The notes under the pieces were generated by a model. The model was not told the DNA's origin, searched no databases, and was given only the letters and a program-made list of their open reading frames with translations. The position numbers were made by a program, and so were the translations under genes. Positions 8,268 to 17,749 of a stretch of 39,787 nucleotides of DNA are shown piece after piece. Numbering within the stretch: the stretch's first letter is position 1; each line of letters begins with the position of its first letter. The stretch is from the NCBI GenBank assembly GCA_039586365.1, contig JBDHKN010000064.1:1-39787 (forward strand), written 5' to 3'. Source of the stretch: Gemmatimonadota bacterium. GTDB lineage: Bacteria; Gemmatimonadota; Gemmatimonadetes; Gemmatimonadales; GWC2-71-9.

Positions 8268-9740
8268 CTACCTCCGAATCAACCCCAACGCGTACTCCAT
8301 GACAGTATCTCTCCCCGCCAAGACATCCTCGATCGTCGGCTCGACATGATGCTCCGGGATCAGGCCGCGGTCGAGCGGTTCGTATCCCGCAACCGCCATC
8401 GTGTAACGCACCAGGGGAATGCGGAGGCGCAGACCTGAGTTGGGGAGTTCCAGCGCCACCATCAGCCCCGACGTGTTGCCGTAGTAGCCGGCGCCACATT
8501 CTTCCCCGACGAACGTGGCTCGCCCGTGGTGGTGTACAACCGAAGTGAACTCACCCGTGGCAGAGAAGCTGCCGCCGTTGATCAGGATGTATACGTCACC
8601 CTCGAAGTTGGGCTCGAGTGGCTGTTGTGGTCCCAAGTTGGGGTGACCCACGAAGTCGTATCTGCCGCGCTCATTGGCCCTGAGCCGATCCCGCGGCAAA
8701 TCGCTGTTCGACATACCGCTGTGCTCAAGGAATGCGAATGAGTCTCGGTTCACTTCGAGATAGCGATAGTAATTGAACGTGTCATCGAGCAGATACGCCG
8801 CCAGCAGCTTGCCGTACTCATCGGAGCCGCCACCGTTGTGTCGCACGTCGATGATCAGGTTCCGCGCCCTCCGGTCAGCCAACTCCTGAAATGTGCGCCG
8901 CAAGAACGCGGGGTAGTCGATGCCGGCGTTACTGATGGTGCGGCCTCCGAAGGTCCTCACTGTCAGGACCGGGATGCCGTCGCGGTAGCTGAGCTCCACG
9001 GGTGGTCGGTTCTGCTCCGCACGAGCCATGTCGGCGTAGCGTCTCTCGAACCTGCGCGTCAATTCCTCGGCCGTGAGGCCGTCAACGGCAATCGAGTGCA
9101 CTGAGCCGTCATCCGGCGAGCGATAGGTCAGTACGAAGTGAGTCGTGATCCCGAACAAGCGGCTGTAGACGTCTCCGAACGTGCTCGTGCTCTCGAGCCG
9201 GCGGTACTTCGACGTCTCCACTCGCCCATCCGAAGACAGTGCCGCCAGCATCGTACGCACGATTTCGTCCATTGAATTGTCATTGATGCTGAGCAGTTCC
9301 CCTCCCATCGCAAGGTCTGGATGGTCGCTGTAGTTACGGTGCAGGTACCCAGTACCCGCTATGAACGCGAGCTTGAATGGCAGCAGAAGAGGCTGCTGCC
9401 TCATGTAACTCTCCAGGTCGCTTGAGCCCATGAGACCAGTATGACCGTCGTTCACCGCGGCAATGACAGGCGCAAGGAAGCGATTGAACTCTAGCTCCGT
9501 CATCGGTGCTACGATAGCCTGCTCGGCTTCGTCAAATATCCGGTTCACCTGGGCTTTGGTCGAGTAGCGATATAACCCACCGTGTCCTTCCTCCAACGAA
9601 GTGCGCAGGATGGCGAAGTCTTCTCTGAGCTGTTCGGTGGTGAGCTGCTTGTGCAGACTCGTCGCGCCGGTTGCCTGCTGCGCATAAACGGGAATGGCAA
9701 TCGAGATCAGTACGGCGGTCAGGATTTTCTTGTCCTGCAT
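8268..9740 (-). CDS. Secreted S41-family peptidase
   Basis: Start MQDKKIL with GGAG RBS and signal peptide; NDGHT, IIDVRHNGGG, SFSATGEF, GEECG and RGLIP motifs. Confidence 0.88.
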   Translation of the reverse strand: MQDKKILTAVLISIAIPVYAQQATGATSLHKQLTTEQLREDFAILRTSLEEGHGGLYRYSTKAQVNRIFDEAEQAIVAPMTELEFNRFLAPVIAAVNDGHTGLMGSSDLESYMRQQPLLLPFKLAFIAGTGYLHRNYSDHPDLAMGGELLSINDNSMDEIVRTMLAALSSDGRVETSKYRRLESTSTFGDVYSRLFGITTHFVLTYRSPDDGSVHSIAVDGLTAEELTRRFERRYADMARAEQNRPPVELSYRDGIPVLTVRTFGGRTISNAGIDYPAFLRRTFQELADRRARNLIIDVRHNGGGSDEYGKLLAAYLLDDTFNYYRYLEVNRDSFAFLEHSGMSNSDLPRDRLRANERGRYDFVGHPNLGPQQPLEPNFEGDVYILINGGSFSATGEFTSVVHHHGRATFVGEECGAGYYGNTSGLMVALELPNSGLRLRIPLVRYTMAVAGYEPLDRGLIPEHHVEPTIEDVLAGRDTVMEYALGLIRR

Positions 9741-9820
9741 GATTGACTCCGAGGGAGTTGAGCGACAGGTGGTGTCTTGCTGAGTCGTACGGTTGCGGTA
9801 GATAGTTGTTTCGTACATGG

Positions 9821-9855
9821 GGGAGCCGGGAGCCGGGAGCTGGGAGCTGGGAGCC
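9821..9855. repeat. Heptamer tandem repeat (GGGAGCY)x5
   Basis: gggagcc gggagcc gggagct gggagct gggagcc upstream of the S41 gene. Confidence 0.9.
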
Positions 9856-10052
9856 GACGGTTCCGCTGAATACGCTGAGCCCTCGGCAGGCCATGACCCT
9901 GCTGCGCTCGTGTTCGTCTTTGTCCGTGCTCGATCGCCCACCGTCCCTTGACCTGCAGATGGCCACAGCGGTGGCGTTGCTCGCAGGCGCAGGCCTGTTC
10001 TTCTGCAGTTCCTCCAGATCCAGAGTCGGCGGTCACCAACTCCTTCAGGCGG

Positions 10053-10241
10053 CTACGGCTTCTCGTTGCCGACTGGGGGCACCGGCGGCGTCTTCTTGCC
10101 GCGTTTCCGCTGCTCCTCGGTGAACTTCTTTGCATCGTCCAAGAAGGCGGCGGCGTACTTCATAGCGGCCTTCATCTTCTTCCTCTTGCCCGTCTTCAGT
10201 ACGTCATGAGCAATGAGAGCGATAACGTGAGCGTCTTGCAT
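10053..10241 (-). CDS. Small basic hypothetical protein (62 aa)
   Basis: GAGG RBS before ATG; Lys-rich helical sequence; no family recognised. Confidence 0.5.
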   Translation of the reverse strand: MQDAHVIALIAHDVLKTGKRKKMKAAMKYAAAFLDDAKKFTEEQRKRGKKTPPVPPVGNEKP

Positions 10242-10439
10242 GGTTGGACCTCGCTGGACCTTAGTCGCAGCAGGGAACCTACGGTATAGTCCGGGCTCCA
10301 GCTAGGTTCGCGGCGCCGTTGCGCCGTAAGGATCGGGTGGCAGTTGTCCCGCATCGAGGCGCCTGTCCCCGACTGTCACGGCCGGGGGAAGCTAGTGACG
10401 GGCTTGCAGGCACCGTCGTGCTTGGTCACATCCAGAGTA

Positions 10440-10997
10440 TCATGCCCGTCTCGGGACACCGACGTACCGCGGTGTGCTCCGACAGTAATCCTCATACTCC
10501 TCGCCGAATGTCCGACGCAGGTGCCCTTCCTCGGTGAGAACCATCACGTGCGCAATCACCCCGTATAGCGCGAGCCACACTGATCCCAGCCAGGTAGGCC
10601 GCAAGAGCACGTAGCCGGCCAGGAACATGAAGTAGGCGACCAGTTGCGGATTCCTGGAGAAACGGTAGGTGCCCGATTTCTTGAGACCCTTGGCCGACCT
10701 CCCAAGCGTGTCCCCTAGCCTCAACTGAGCCATGCCGGCCAATACAGCCACGATGCCGACGGCCATGAGCCCTAGGGCGAGCGGAAGGTACCTGCTCTCA
10801 GTCCAGACAGTAGAAGCCCCAGAGTCAAGGAAGGAGTAGGATGCTAGGGCGTGTAGCAAGAACACCAGGAATTGGAGGATCGCTGACAGGGGAGTGAGTC
10901 TACCTCTGATAGCGTAGTCGATACGAACACGCCAAAAAACGAACGCCGCGAATCCTATGACGAGTACCGCAGCCAACACGGGATGTACACGAATCAT
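10440..10997 (-). CDS. Isoprenylcysteine carboxylmethyltransferase/PEMT-family membrane methyltransferase
   Basis: Multiple TM helices; GTYRFSRNPQ and EE..L...FGEEYEDYC..TPRY motifs. Confidence 0.88.
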   Translation of the reverse strand: MIRVHPVLAAVLVIGFAAFVFWRVRIDYAIRGRLTPLSAILQFLVFLLHALASYSFLDSGASTVWTESRYLPLALGLMAVGIVAVLAGMAQLRLGDTLGRSAKGLKKSGTYRFSRNPQLVAYFMFLAGYVLLRPTWLGSVWLALYGVIAHVMVLTEEGHLRRTFGEEYEDYCRSTPRYVGVPRRA

Positions 10998-11112
10998 TTC
11001 GGGCCTTCTCCATTCTGATCGGAAGGCGTTGCATGCTCATTGCCGCTTTCACCCGGTGAAACTAGGCCCGAGCACCATGCTCCGTGGCTGTGTTTCATGT
11101 GAGTAGCTGCGC

Positions 11113-11580
11113 TCACAGTCTGGCGACGACTACTCTGGCGATCTCATCCAGTTGTTCCTGGGTCAAGAAGGGCTTTCCCCCGGCCGCCATGTTGAAGAAA
11201 CTCGATAGGGCTATCGCTCTCTCTCCCTTGCGAAAAATGAGAGTGTAGCGATACTCCCCGAAGCTCGGCCCCCGAAAGGCCTCGTCTCCGAGATCAGGAA
11301 CCGGCTCATGGAAGAAACCTTCCTGACTCTTCCACTCGTCGTACATTGCCGCACCTTGAATCCCCACCGTCAGCAGTAGTGTCTTGTCTGCCAGAGTGAA
11401 ATTGAGGTCACCTCCTGCACCCATCTGGGAACTGCGGGGGACTAGAGTGATCCCTGCAATCCCCGTCACTGCTTCGACGTCCTTGACGGTGAGTAGCTCC
11501 TTCTGGTCGGTCTGTTGAGCCTGCGCGACCGTGCAGAGAGAAGTAACACACACGCCAATGACGATGCTGTTCTTGAGCAC
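11113..11580 (-). CDS. Secreted hypothetical protein
   Basis: GGAGG RBS before GTG at 11580; signal peptide ending AQA; LLT..DV..VTG and V.DLGDEAF motifs. Confidence 0.7.
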   Translation of the reverse strand: MLKNSIVIGVCVTSLCTVAQAQQTDQKELLTVKDVEAVTGIAGITLVPRSSQMGAGGDLNFTLADKTLLLTVGIQGAAMYDEWKSQEGFFHEPVPDLGDEAFRGPSFGEYRYTLIFRKGERAIALSSFFNMAAGGKPFLTQEQLDEIARVVVARL

Positions 11581-11951
11581 TGCAACGCCTCCTTCCAGAC
11601 GACTGCGGTGTCGCACCGATGGTCCTTCGGTCTCGTCGTCGGGCAAGCGTCTTACTGTGGCGTCTATTGCGGCGTCCAGCTACGGCGTCTACTACGGCGG
11701 CGGGGCACAAAGGCCACCGGCGTGTCGGTCCGTACACGCGACGGCCTTGAGGGCAAGTATTAGTATGAAGCGAGGTACAAGGGTTGGCTAGCTTGCTGCG
11801 ACCTCAGCGAGGCCACGCGACGGAAATGGGGATCCTGCGTGTTGGCTTAGCAGTCAGAGGGCGCTCACTAACAGGCCCGAGACACTTCTCCCGCCTGCCA
11901 AACCCTTCCGGCAAGACGAAGGTCTGTGGGTCTGGGTGAGACATCTTGAGG

Positions 11952-12467
11952 TCATGCTGCTATGAAGTGATACAGAATGAGCGTACCGAGTGCGAAGAAG
12001 ACGGCGTCTTGTAGTCGATCCCACAACATTGGAATCTTCAGATCCCAGTTTCGGAACTGTTCGAATTCTCGGATTCCGCCCAGAATGAAGCCGCTGAAAG
12101 CAGCGGTCCAGTAAGACGGCCATGCGAGGAGCGGCAAGAACACAGCCATGGCATAGACGGCGTGCAGGGTTTGGTCGAGCACATTTACCCAGCCCGTGTG
12201 CTTCGGCCGCCATGGGCGTCGCATTGCCACGATTTCCAGTATCTCGTGGTACTCGTCTGGTGCCAATTCGCCAATGACCCGAGAGACTCTGTCTGCGAGC
12301 GCCTCCTTCGGCTCCCGGTCAGTGATTCTTCCGGCAGCAGCAATCGCAAGAACTTCTTGGAATTGTTGGGGGTCGAGTTCGCCAACGATTGTCGATACCT
12401 GGCGTATGAGTTGACGCCTCGCTGCATTTCTCACGGCTCTTCCTTCCGACAACGTGTTTGACTGCAA
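11952..12467 (-). CDS. Hypothetical membrane protein with duplicated N-terminal helical repeat
   Basis: QVSTIVGELDPQQFQEVLAI / RVSRVIGELAPDEYHEILEI repeat followed by about 3 hydrophobic segments; start uncertain. Confidence 0.65.
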   Translation of the reverse strand: MQSNTLSEGRAVRNAARRQLIRQVSTIVGELDPQQFQEVLAIAAAGRITDREPKEALADRVSRVIGELAPDEYHEILEIVAMRRPWRPKHTGWVNVLDQTLHAVYAMAVFLPLLAWPSYWTAAFSGFILGGIREFEQFRNWDLKIPMLWDRLQDAVFFALGTLILYHFIAA

Positions 12468-12602
12468 GACCGCGGCGAAAATTCCACCACGGTCATCGCG
12501 ATGTTCATGTCGAGCGCGTCCTGCGGATCGATCTCCACGAGGATCAACTTGCGGGCTGGCTTGTTCTGGGCCCTCACCATGCAGTGACCGGCTAGATGCC
12601 GC

Positions 12603-13610
12603 TCAGGAACTCGCGCTCGCCGCGACAGCCGCCCCCGCGGCACAGACCAGCACCGCTTGCTGAGCGGCGATGATAGCCTGCATGTCCATCAGGGCCTTGG
12701 CTCCACTCAGGGTCGTCGCGTCCACTTCCCGACCTGCCAGCTCGATGAACGTCATGGCCGCCGCCAGGTTGAACGTGGTTGCCCGATCGATCTTCGGTCT
12801 GATCTTCTTGAGTTCCTCTCTCTTGCTGAGCACAGTGTCGACGATCCGATCGGCACGCAGCTCCAGGAAGCACAGGATGGCCAATTCGTCGTAGTCGCCT
12901 TGAGCTATTCGCACGCCGTTCTGCTTGAACTCATCCTTCAATCTCACTGCACGGTCCGCTAGTTCTCGTGGCGTTGAACGGGCTAGAGAGAGAACGTTAG
13001 CCGTGGTCTGGAGTGGATTGCCCTTCTGGAATTTGTGGTGTCTCAGCTCACCATATATTACTTCGGTCTTGTCGACCAGGTCTTTGGGTGTTCCCTGCTG
13101 CCCCGTGAGGATCGCACACGCCGGAAGATCGTCTGCGCCTGTGATCCAACGGTGATGGCGTTTCATCTCATCGAAGATCTCACGCAACCTCCGCACCGTA
13201 TTGGGAGAGATCGCACCACCGTCGTTCTGGATCCGCAGAATGAGAACGGCGATCAACTCGAACGCCAGAGTGCGTGGTAGCCGCTCTTTCCTGAACATCT
13301 TGCGCACCCGAGCCACTTCCCGCATGAAAGCCTTGGCGCTGTCGCCGTGGTGGTACAGGGTGGCCGCAACGACGAACCTGAGGTGGGAGCCCATGTCTAG
13401 GTTCCACGGCGACGCCTCCTTGAGAGACCTCTCCATGTGCCGGATGCCTCGAGCGACCGCTGCAGGTCCTCCTTCGGTGCCCAGCGCTGCCATTGCACCA
13501 TAACGAAGCCGGCGCGAATCCCTCCACCAGCGACGGTCCCTTTCGAGCGCCTCGTACAGCGATCGGAAACGGGAGAGCGGATCTTTGGGGAGCGCTATTG
13601 GCGTCTTCAT
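12603..13610 (-). CDS. DUF4003-family protein
   Basis: MKRHHRWITGADD and F.KGN.LQ motifs and Ala/Ser-rich C-terminus (AAVAASASS) as recalled for DUF4003. Confidence 0.75.
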   Translation of the reverse strand: MKTPIALPKDPLSRFRSLYEALERDRRWWRDSRRLRYGAMAALGTEGGPAAVARGIRHMERSLKEASPWNLDMGSHLRFVVAATLYHHGDSAKAFMREVARVRKMFRKERLPRTLAFELIAVLILRIQNDGGAISPNTVRRLREIFDEMKRHHRWITGADDLPACAILTGQQGTPKDLVDKTEVIYGELRHHKFQKGNPLQTTANVLSLARSTPRELADRAVRLKDEFKQNGVRIAQGDYDELAILCFLELRADRIVDTVLSKREELKKIRPKIDRATTFNLAAAMTFIELAGREVDATTLSGAKALMDMQAIIAAQQAVLVCAAGAAVAASASS

Positions 13611-13824
13611 GCTGGTCTCGCAGTTGCCGTTCAATGATGTCAGCAGTGCAGCTGAGGCTCGGGAAAGATAAGCGGGGAGCGGGGAGCAGGCAGCCGCGTG
13701 GCTCGGTTGTCGCGTAAGAATCGCACCGACCCCGCGAGGCGATGTGGTTCGCCTTACCATGCCCTGACCCGACACATAGCTTATCCCCGTCTTGGAGTCG
13801 CCTTCCAAACCGCAAGGGGGTCCT

Positions 13825-14361
13825 ATGCGTCGTCTCGTGCTTGCCACGGTTTGCCCGGCCATTCTGGCTGCCTGTCATCCTGCCACAAGTGAATTGACTG
13901 AGGACCAAGTAGCGGCAATCGCCGACACGGTGACTAGTCTGCAGGCTCAAGTGTGGGACGCCGTGGAGCGGGTTGATGTCGAGGACTTCATGGCTTTGTG
14001 GCATGACGTGCGAGAGACCACCGCTGTCGTCGACGGACTCGCGTTGCCCTCAAACAGCACGTACGAGATGTTCTTGAACGCCAGCGGGATCTTCAACAAT
14101 CCGGCCAGCCCGGAAACCGCGCTCCTGCTGTTCTGGCCCTCGACACGCAGTCACGAAATCACGATTGGAGATTCCAGGATCACTGTGCTCGCTTCGAACG
14201 TTGTGCATGTCGTGGAGCAGGGGCGCTTCGTCTGGACGGACACCAGCGGCACCATCTGGCCGGAACAGGGGTTCACCCAATCCACTGTGTGGGTGCGGCG
14301 CGACGGCGACTGGAAGATGTTGTTCGGCCACTACTCGGTTCGCACTCCTGAATCGGACTAG
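13825..14361 (+). CDS. NTF2/SnoaL-like (DUF4440) lipoprotein
   Basis: AAGGGGG RBS, lipobox LAAC, STVWVRRDGDWKMLFGHYS C-terminus. Confidence 0.8.
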   Translation: MRRLVLATVCPAILAACHPATSELTEDQVAAIADTVTSLQAQVWDAVERVDVEDFMALWHDVRETTAVVDGLALPSNSTYEMFLNASGIFNNPASPETALLLFWPSTRSHEITIGDSRITVLASNVVHVVEQGRFVWTDTSGTIWPEQGFTQSTVWVRRDGDWKMLFGHYSVRTPESD

Positions 14362-14396
14362 CGCTTGCGTAGCAGGACCGCCATCCGTAGAGCAGC

Positions 14397-14436
14397 AACC
14401 TCCCGGGGACTCGAAGTCTCCGGGAGGTTCTTTCTT
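14397..14436 (+). terminator. Rho-independent terminator
   Basis: AACCTCCCGGGGAC-TCGAA-GTCTCCGGGAGGTT hairpin followed by CTTTCTT, between convergent genes. Confidence 0.75.
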
Positions 14437-14465
14437 GCTAGACGTCTAGTGGAATACTCCGTTTG

Positions 14466-15377
14466 TCAGATCAGGATGTCACCATCCCAACCGAGCTTGA
14501 CGAGATCGATCTTGCTAGGGTCGGCATTGCCCAGGTGGTGCACCGTGTCAGCCAACGCGATGTGGTGAGCGGTCGGCTGCAGAGGTCGGTCTTCTCCGAA
14601 GGCCAACTGCCGCTTCGCCTGGATGATGCGTAGTCCCACACTGTCGGCTGCCACTGGATCGGTGCTCACAATCAATCCCCCGTAGGGCCACACGTATATG
14701 GGGTCGAAATGGTGTGGGCCCACGTTGTGGAACTGCGGCGTGAGCATCACGAGGACGTTCAACCGCGTCTTGCCCCGGGTGATTGGAAGATCCCACAAGG
14801 TAGCGAGGTCGGCGCAGGCGTCGTAGTGGTAGTCAGACGGGCGCGGAACGAAGGTGATGTAGTTCTTGATGAGACTCCCTACCCCAGACCAGGCATGCGT
14901 GCGCATCGGGCGCGTGTTTACCAGTACCGTTGTTCGTTGGAAAGCTTCGTCCCGGAACAGACCACGGTCGCCCATCGCAATGCTCTCATCGGGTACACCG
15001 GCCTGACGCACCCGACTACGGATAGCCTCATTTACTTCCTGCGGCGTGGGGAGGTAGTACACGATGTTGGTCTTGATGCCCACGATATCGTCTGGCTTGA
15101 TGATCTCCTGCCAGCACTCCAAAGGGCTCTCCCGGCCGAACAGAGTCACCACCGCGTCATCCAACATTTGTTGGACCACCTCACCGTTCATGTTCCCCTC
15201 AGCGGTGACGACATTCTCGTTGCGGATCAAGACTACCTTGGAGCGAGCTGGCCGAAGCGATTGGGTTTCACCTTCACCGCAAGCAAGCGACGGCAACCCA
15301 GCCGCCACGCCCAACGCGGCGCTGCCAACACCCTTCATGAAATCTCGGCGGGTAAGCCGCGCACGGTCCTTGCTCAT
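14466..15377 (-). CDS. Tat-exported DUF362-domain protein
   Basis: TRRDFMK Tat motif; D.VGIKTN, G.IKNY and STDPVAAD motifs. Confidence 0.85.
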   Translation of the reverse strand: MSKDRARLTRRDFMKGVGSAALGVAAGLPSLACGEGETQSLRPARSKVVLIRNENVVTAEGNMNGEVVQQMLDDAVVTLFGRESPLECWQEIIKPDDIVGIKTNIVYYLPTPQEVNEAIRSRVRQAGVPDESIAMGDRGLFRDEAFQRTTVLVNTRPMRTHAWSGVGSLIKNYITFVPRPSDYHYDACADLATLWDLPITRGKTRLNVLVMLTPQFHNVGPHHFDPIYVWPYGGLIVSTDPVAADSVGLRIIQAKRQLAFGEDRPLQPTAHHIALADTVHHLGNADPSKIDLVKLGWDGDILI

Positions 15378-15463
15378 GGCTCCGCTCCTCAGCTAGGGAT
15401 CTCAGTCAGTCCATCTACGTGTTGTCTGGAGTGGCGTGCGTGCAGCAGCCACCAAGACGGCAC

Positions 15464-16114
15464 TCACTTCCCCTCGAACTTCTTCGCGATGTCCTCGACC
15501 AGGTCCTTGACCCACTGCGACCGGTCTTCGGTTTGGTTGCTCGCCTCGGCGGTAATGAGGTAGCGGTAGCGGGTGACGGCGGTCACCTTGGCATCCTTGC
15601 TGTCTTTGTTGTATTCCTCCGACGCCCAGGTGTACGGGGTGTCCATGGTCAGTGTTCTCATGCGACGGTGGGCATCCTCCTGACTGATGTTCATCATCAT
15701 CGGCAGTGCCATCATTCCGTAGGCGACCTCGCTGCCTCCGAAATCCACCAGCGTGACCTGGATGCTCGGGGCGTTGCCATCAGCGTCAGCCGGTCTGGTG
15801 AATGTCTGCTCGGCCTGGGACATCGAGAAACCGCCCATGCTCTGGCTGAATCCTTCCGGTTCCCCGACCGGCTCGTAGCCGCTGGGTGGCGCCGGAAGAT
15901 ATTCCTGAAGCTCGGCATACCCCATGGCCAAGGTATCACCCTTCTCGCGCCGCTCCTGGTAGAACTGTTCGGCTTCGTCCTGGCCCTCGGCGATCTCGTC
16001 AGACGCCCGGGCCAGCTGCTCCACGGCATCCATGGCGTTCCTTGCTTCTTGGGCCTTCTCTCCGCAGCCGAAGAGAACGAGGGCCGTGACGACGGTGAGT
16101 GCGCGCTGGTTCAT
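15464..16114 (-). CDS. Hypothetical lipoprotein
   Basis: Lipobox LFGC; coherent 216-aa ORF. Confidence 0.8.
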   Translation of the reverse strand: MNQRALTVVTALVLFGCGEKAQEARNAMDAVEQLARASDEIAEGQDEAEQFYQERREKGDTLAMGYAELQEYLPAPPSGYEPVGEPEGFSQSMGGFSMSQAEQTFTRPADADGNAPSIQVTLVDFGGSEVAYGMMALPMMMNISQEDAHRRMRTLTMDTPYTWASEEYNKDSKDAKVTAVTRYRYLITAEASNQTEDRSQWVKDLVEDIAKKFEGK

Positions 16115-16375
16115 GTTCTGGATCCTCTGATTGGAAGAGTTGAAGTGTGCCGCGCTTATAGTATAGCCGAGTTAGCGGAGCTGGCCAGCGGGTCCGGGAT
16201 AACCGACTGCCTATCTCGTCGAACAAGCTCACTGCCGGGAGCCTTGGGTACTGCTCCAGACCGGCGACGTTGACGCCCTGCTGCGATCGAGCTTCGTGGC
16301 CTGGTCGGCTGTGGAGGGTGGCATACTGAAGCCGGCGTCGGAAATCTGTTCGCATGCCGGCCCCTTCTCCAGGAC

Positions 16376-16729
16376 TCAGTAGGAATGCGTTCCCAGAACC
16401 ACGTTGATGCCGAATTTGCTTTCCAGGGTCACCTTCATATCGTCGAAATCAATTGGGCAGTCTGCCGTTTCCATCGCCAACTTCATGCACGTGCCAAAAT
16501 GCAGTGTGTCGAATGGCCGATCCATGTTCTTGGTGAGTTCATTCAACATCTTGACTCTGGGAAATACCAGGCCGGGGCAGTCCCCGCAGTCTGTCATGGC
16601 TACGAGTTCGATATCGTCGTGTTGCACAAACTCACCGTTCTTCTCTGCCATTCCCTTGTGACACTTGGCGCAGGCGATGCAAGAATGATCCTGGATTCTC
16701 TTGCAGTAGAGTATCGCGATCTTGGACAT
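16376..16729 (-). CDS. CGGC-domain protein (CGDC variant)
   Basis: KIAILYC, C..C.KC, CGDCPG, HFGTC, CP and GTH motifs. Confidence 0.85.
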   Translation of the reverse strand: MSKIAILYCKRIQDHSCIACAKCHKGMAEKNGEFVQHDDIELVAMTDCGDCPGLVFPRVKMLNELTKNMDRPFDTLHFGTCMKLAMETADCPIDFDDMKVTLESKFGINVVLGTHSY

Positions 16730-17099
16730 GGCTGGAGCCTCACTTGTCGGTGACGGCCAGAGCTCATCGCCAATCGTTGTTCCCGAGCAGTAGCGATTCA
16801 CTATGCGATCGCTCGGCTCGACCCGAATGGAATGATCGTTAATAAGATAGCTCGTTGCGGCGTCATACCTAAGACGGTAGATGGGCCGAGACTTTCCTTC
16901 ACCAGCTGGGGGCCAAACCGCCATGCTCGCACCTGCCGTCGTCACCGCAAATCGAGCCTGGCACCCGGTGCCAAGGGTCTGGTGGACTTCGAGGGGATAT
17001 GACAATTTGAGTGGATCGCGCTGCCAATCCACGGAGCTGTGAAATGCGTCAGCACGCGGGCGGGGTCCTCATAGCTGATGCCTAACCCGGGAGAGAACA

Positions 17100-17528
17100 G
17101 TGAAAATCGGGATCATCATCTGTGATAGGTATAGGAGTTGTGCTGGCGGAAAGTGCTTCCGTGCGGTGCGGGAGCGAGCAGGTGGTTTCGCTCGTTACCA
17201 CTCTGACGATCCGCTGCAGATCGTTGGCTTCACGAGCTGCGGAGGCTGCCCCGGAGGCAATATCGAGTACGCTCCAGAAGAGATGGTGAACAACGGAGCT
17301 GAGGCGATTCACCTGGCGACAGGATTCGTAGTGGGCTACCCGCCGTGTCCATGGTTGGAATATTTCAAAGGTTTCATCGAGCAGCGCTACCACATACCGG
17401 TAGTCGTGGGTACCCACCCGATCCCCGAGAAGTATCGGCTATGCCATGCGGAGTTGTCTTCGCTGAAGACGCTAGAAGACGCTGAGTGTCTAATGGCTAC
17501 CGAGCCAGTGCGTGTGGCATACAACTAG
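17100..17528 (+). CDS. CGGC-domain protein
   Basis: KIGIIIC, CAGGKC, SCGGCPG, PPCP and VVGTHP motifs; GGGAG RBS. Confidence 0.9.
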   Translation: MKIGIIICDRYRSCAGGKCFRAVRERAGGFARYHSDDPLQIVGFTSCGGCPGGNIEYAPEEMVNNGAEAIHLATGFVVGYPPCPWLEYFKGFIEQRYHIPVVVGTHPIPEKYRLCHAELSSLKTLEDAECLMATEPVRVAYN

Positions 17529-17749
17529 GCATGTTGTAGCCACTAGACACCATCGCAGTTGCTGGGCGAGCCGAGTCGGGCCAATGAGCCAACCTGGCAA
17601 ACGGTAGCTACCGATCCCCGGTGTCGCAGCCGGGTTCATAGGTACGATTGCGGTCAGCTCAGTGACGGAGCAACACTCACAGGAAATGCCAGACGAGTTC
17701 GACGAGTTCCGCCAGTCGATCGGACGAATGCCACTGAAGGGAGGCCACT

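Noticed and set aside
9741..9941. Long N-terminal extensions from the ORF track (S41, DUF4003, CGGC, GT4, DUF3047)
   Set aside because: Downstream starts give proper signal peptides or family N-termini; the extensions translate intergenic or repeat sequence
12431..12643. Small minus-strand ORF (KLILVEIDPQDALDMNIAMTVVEF)
   Set aside because: Protein-like but overlaps both neighbours, has no clear RBS and no recognisable family
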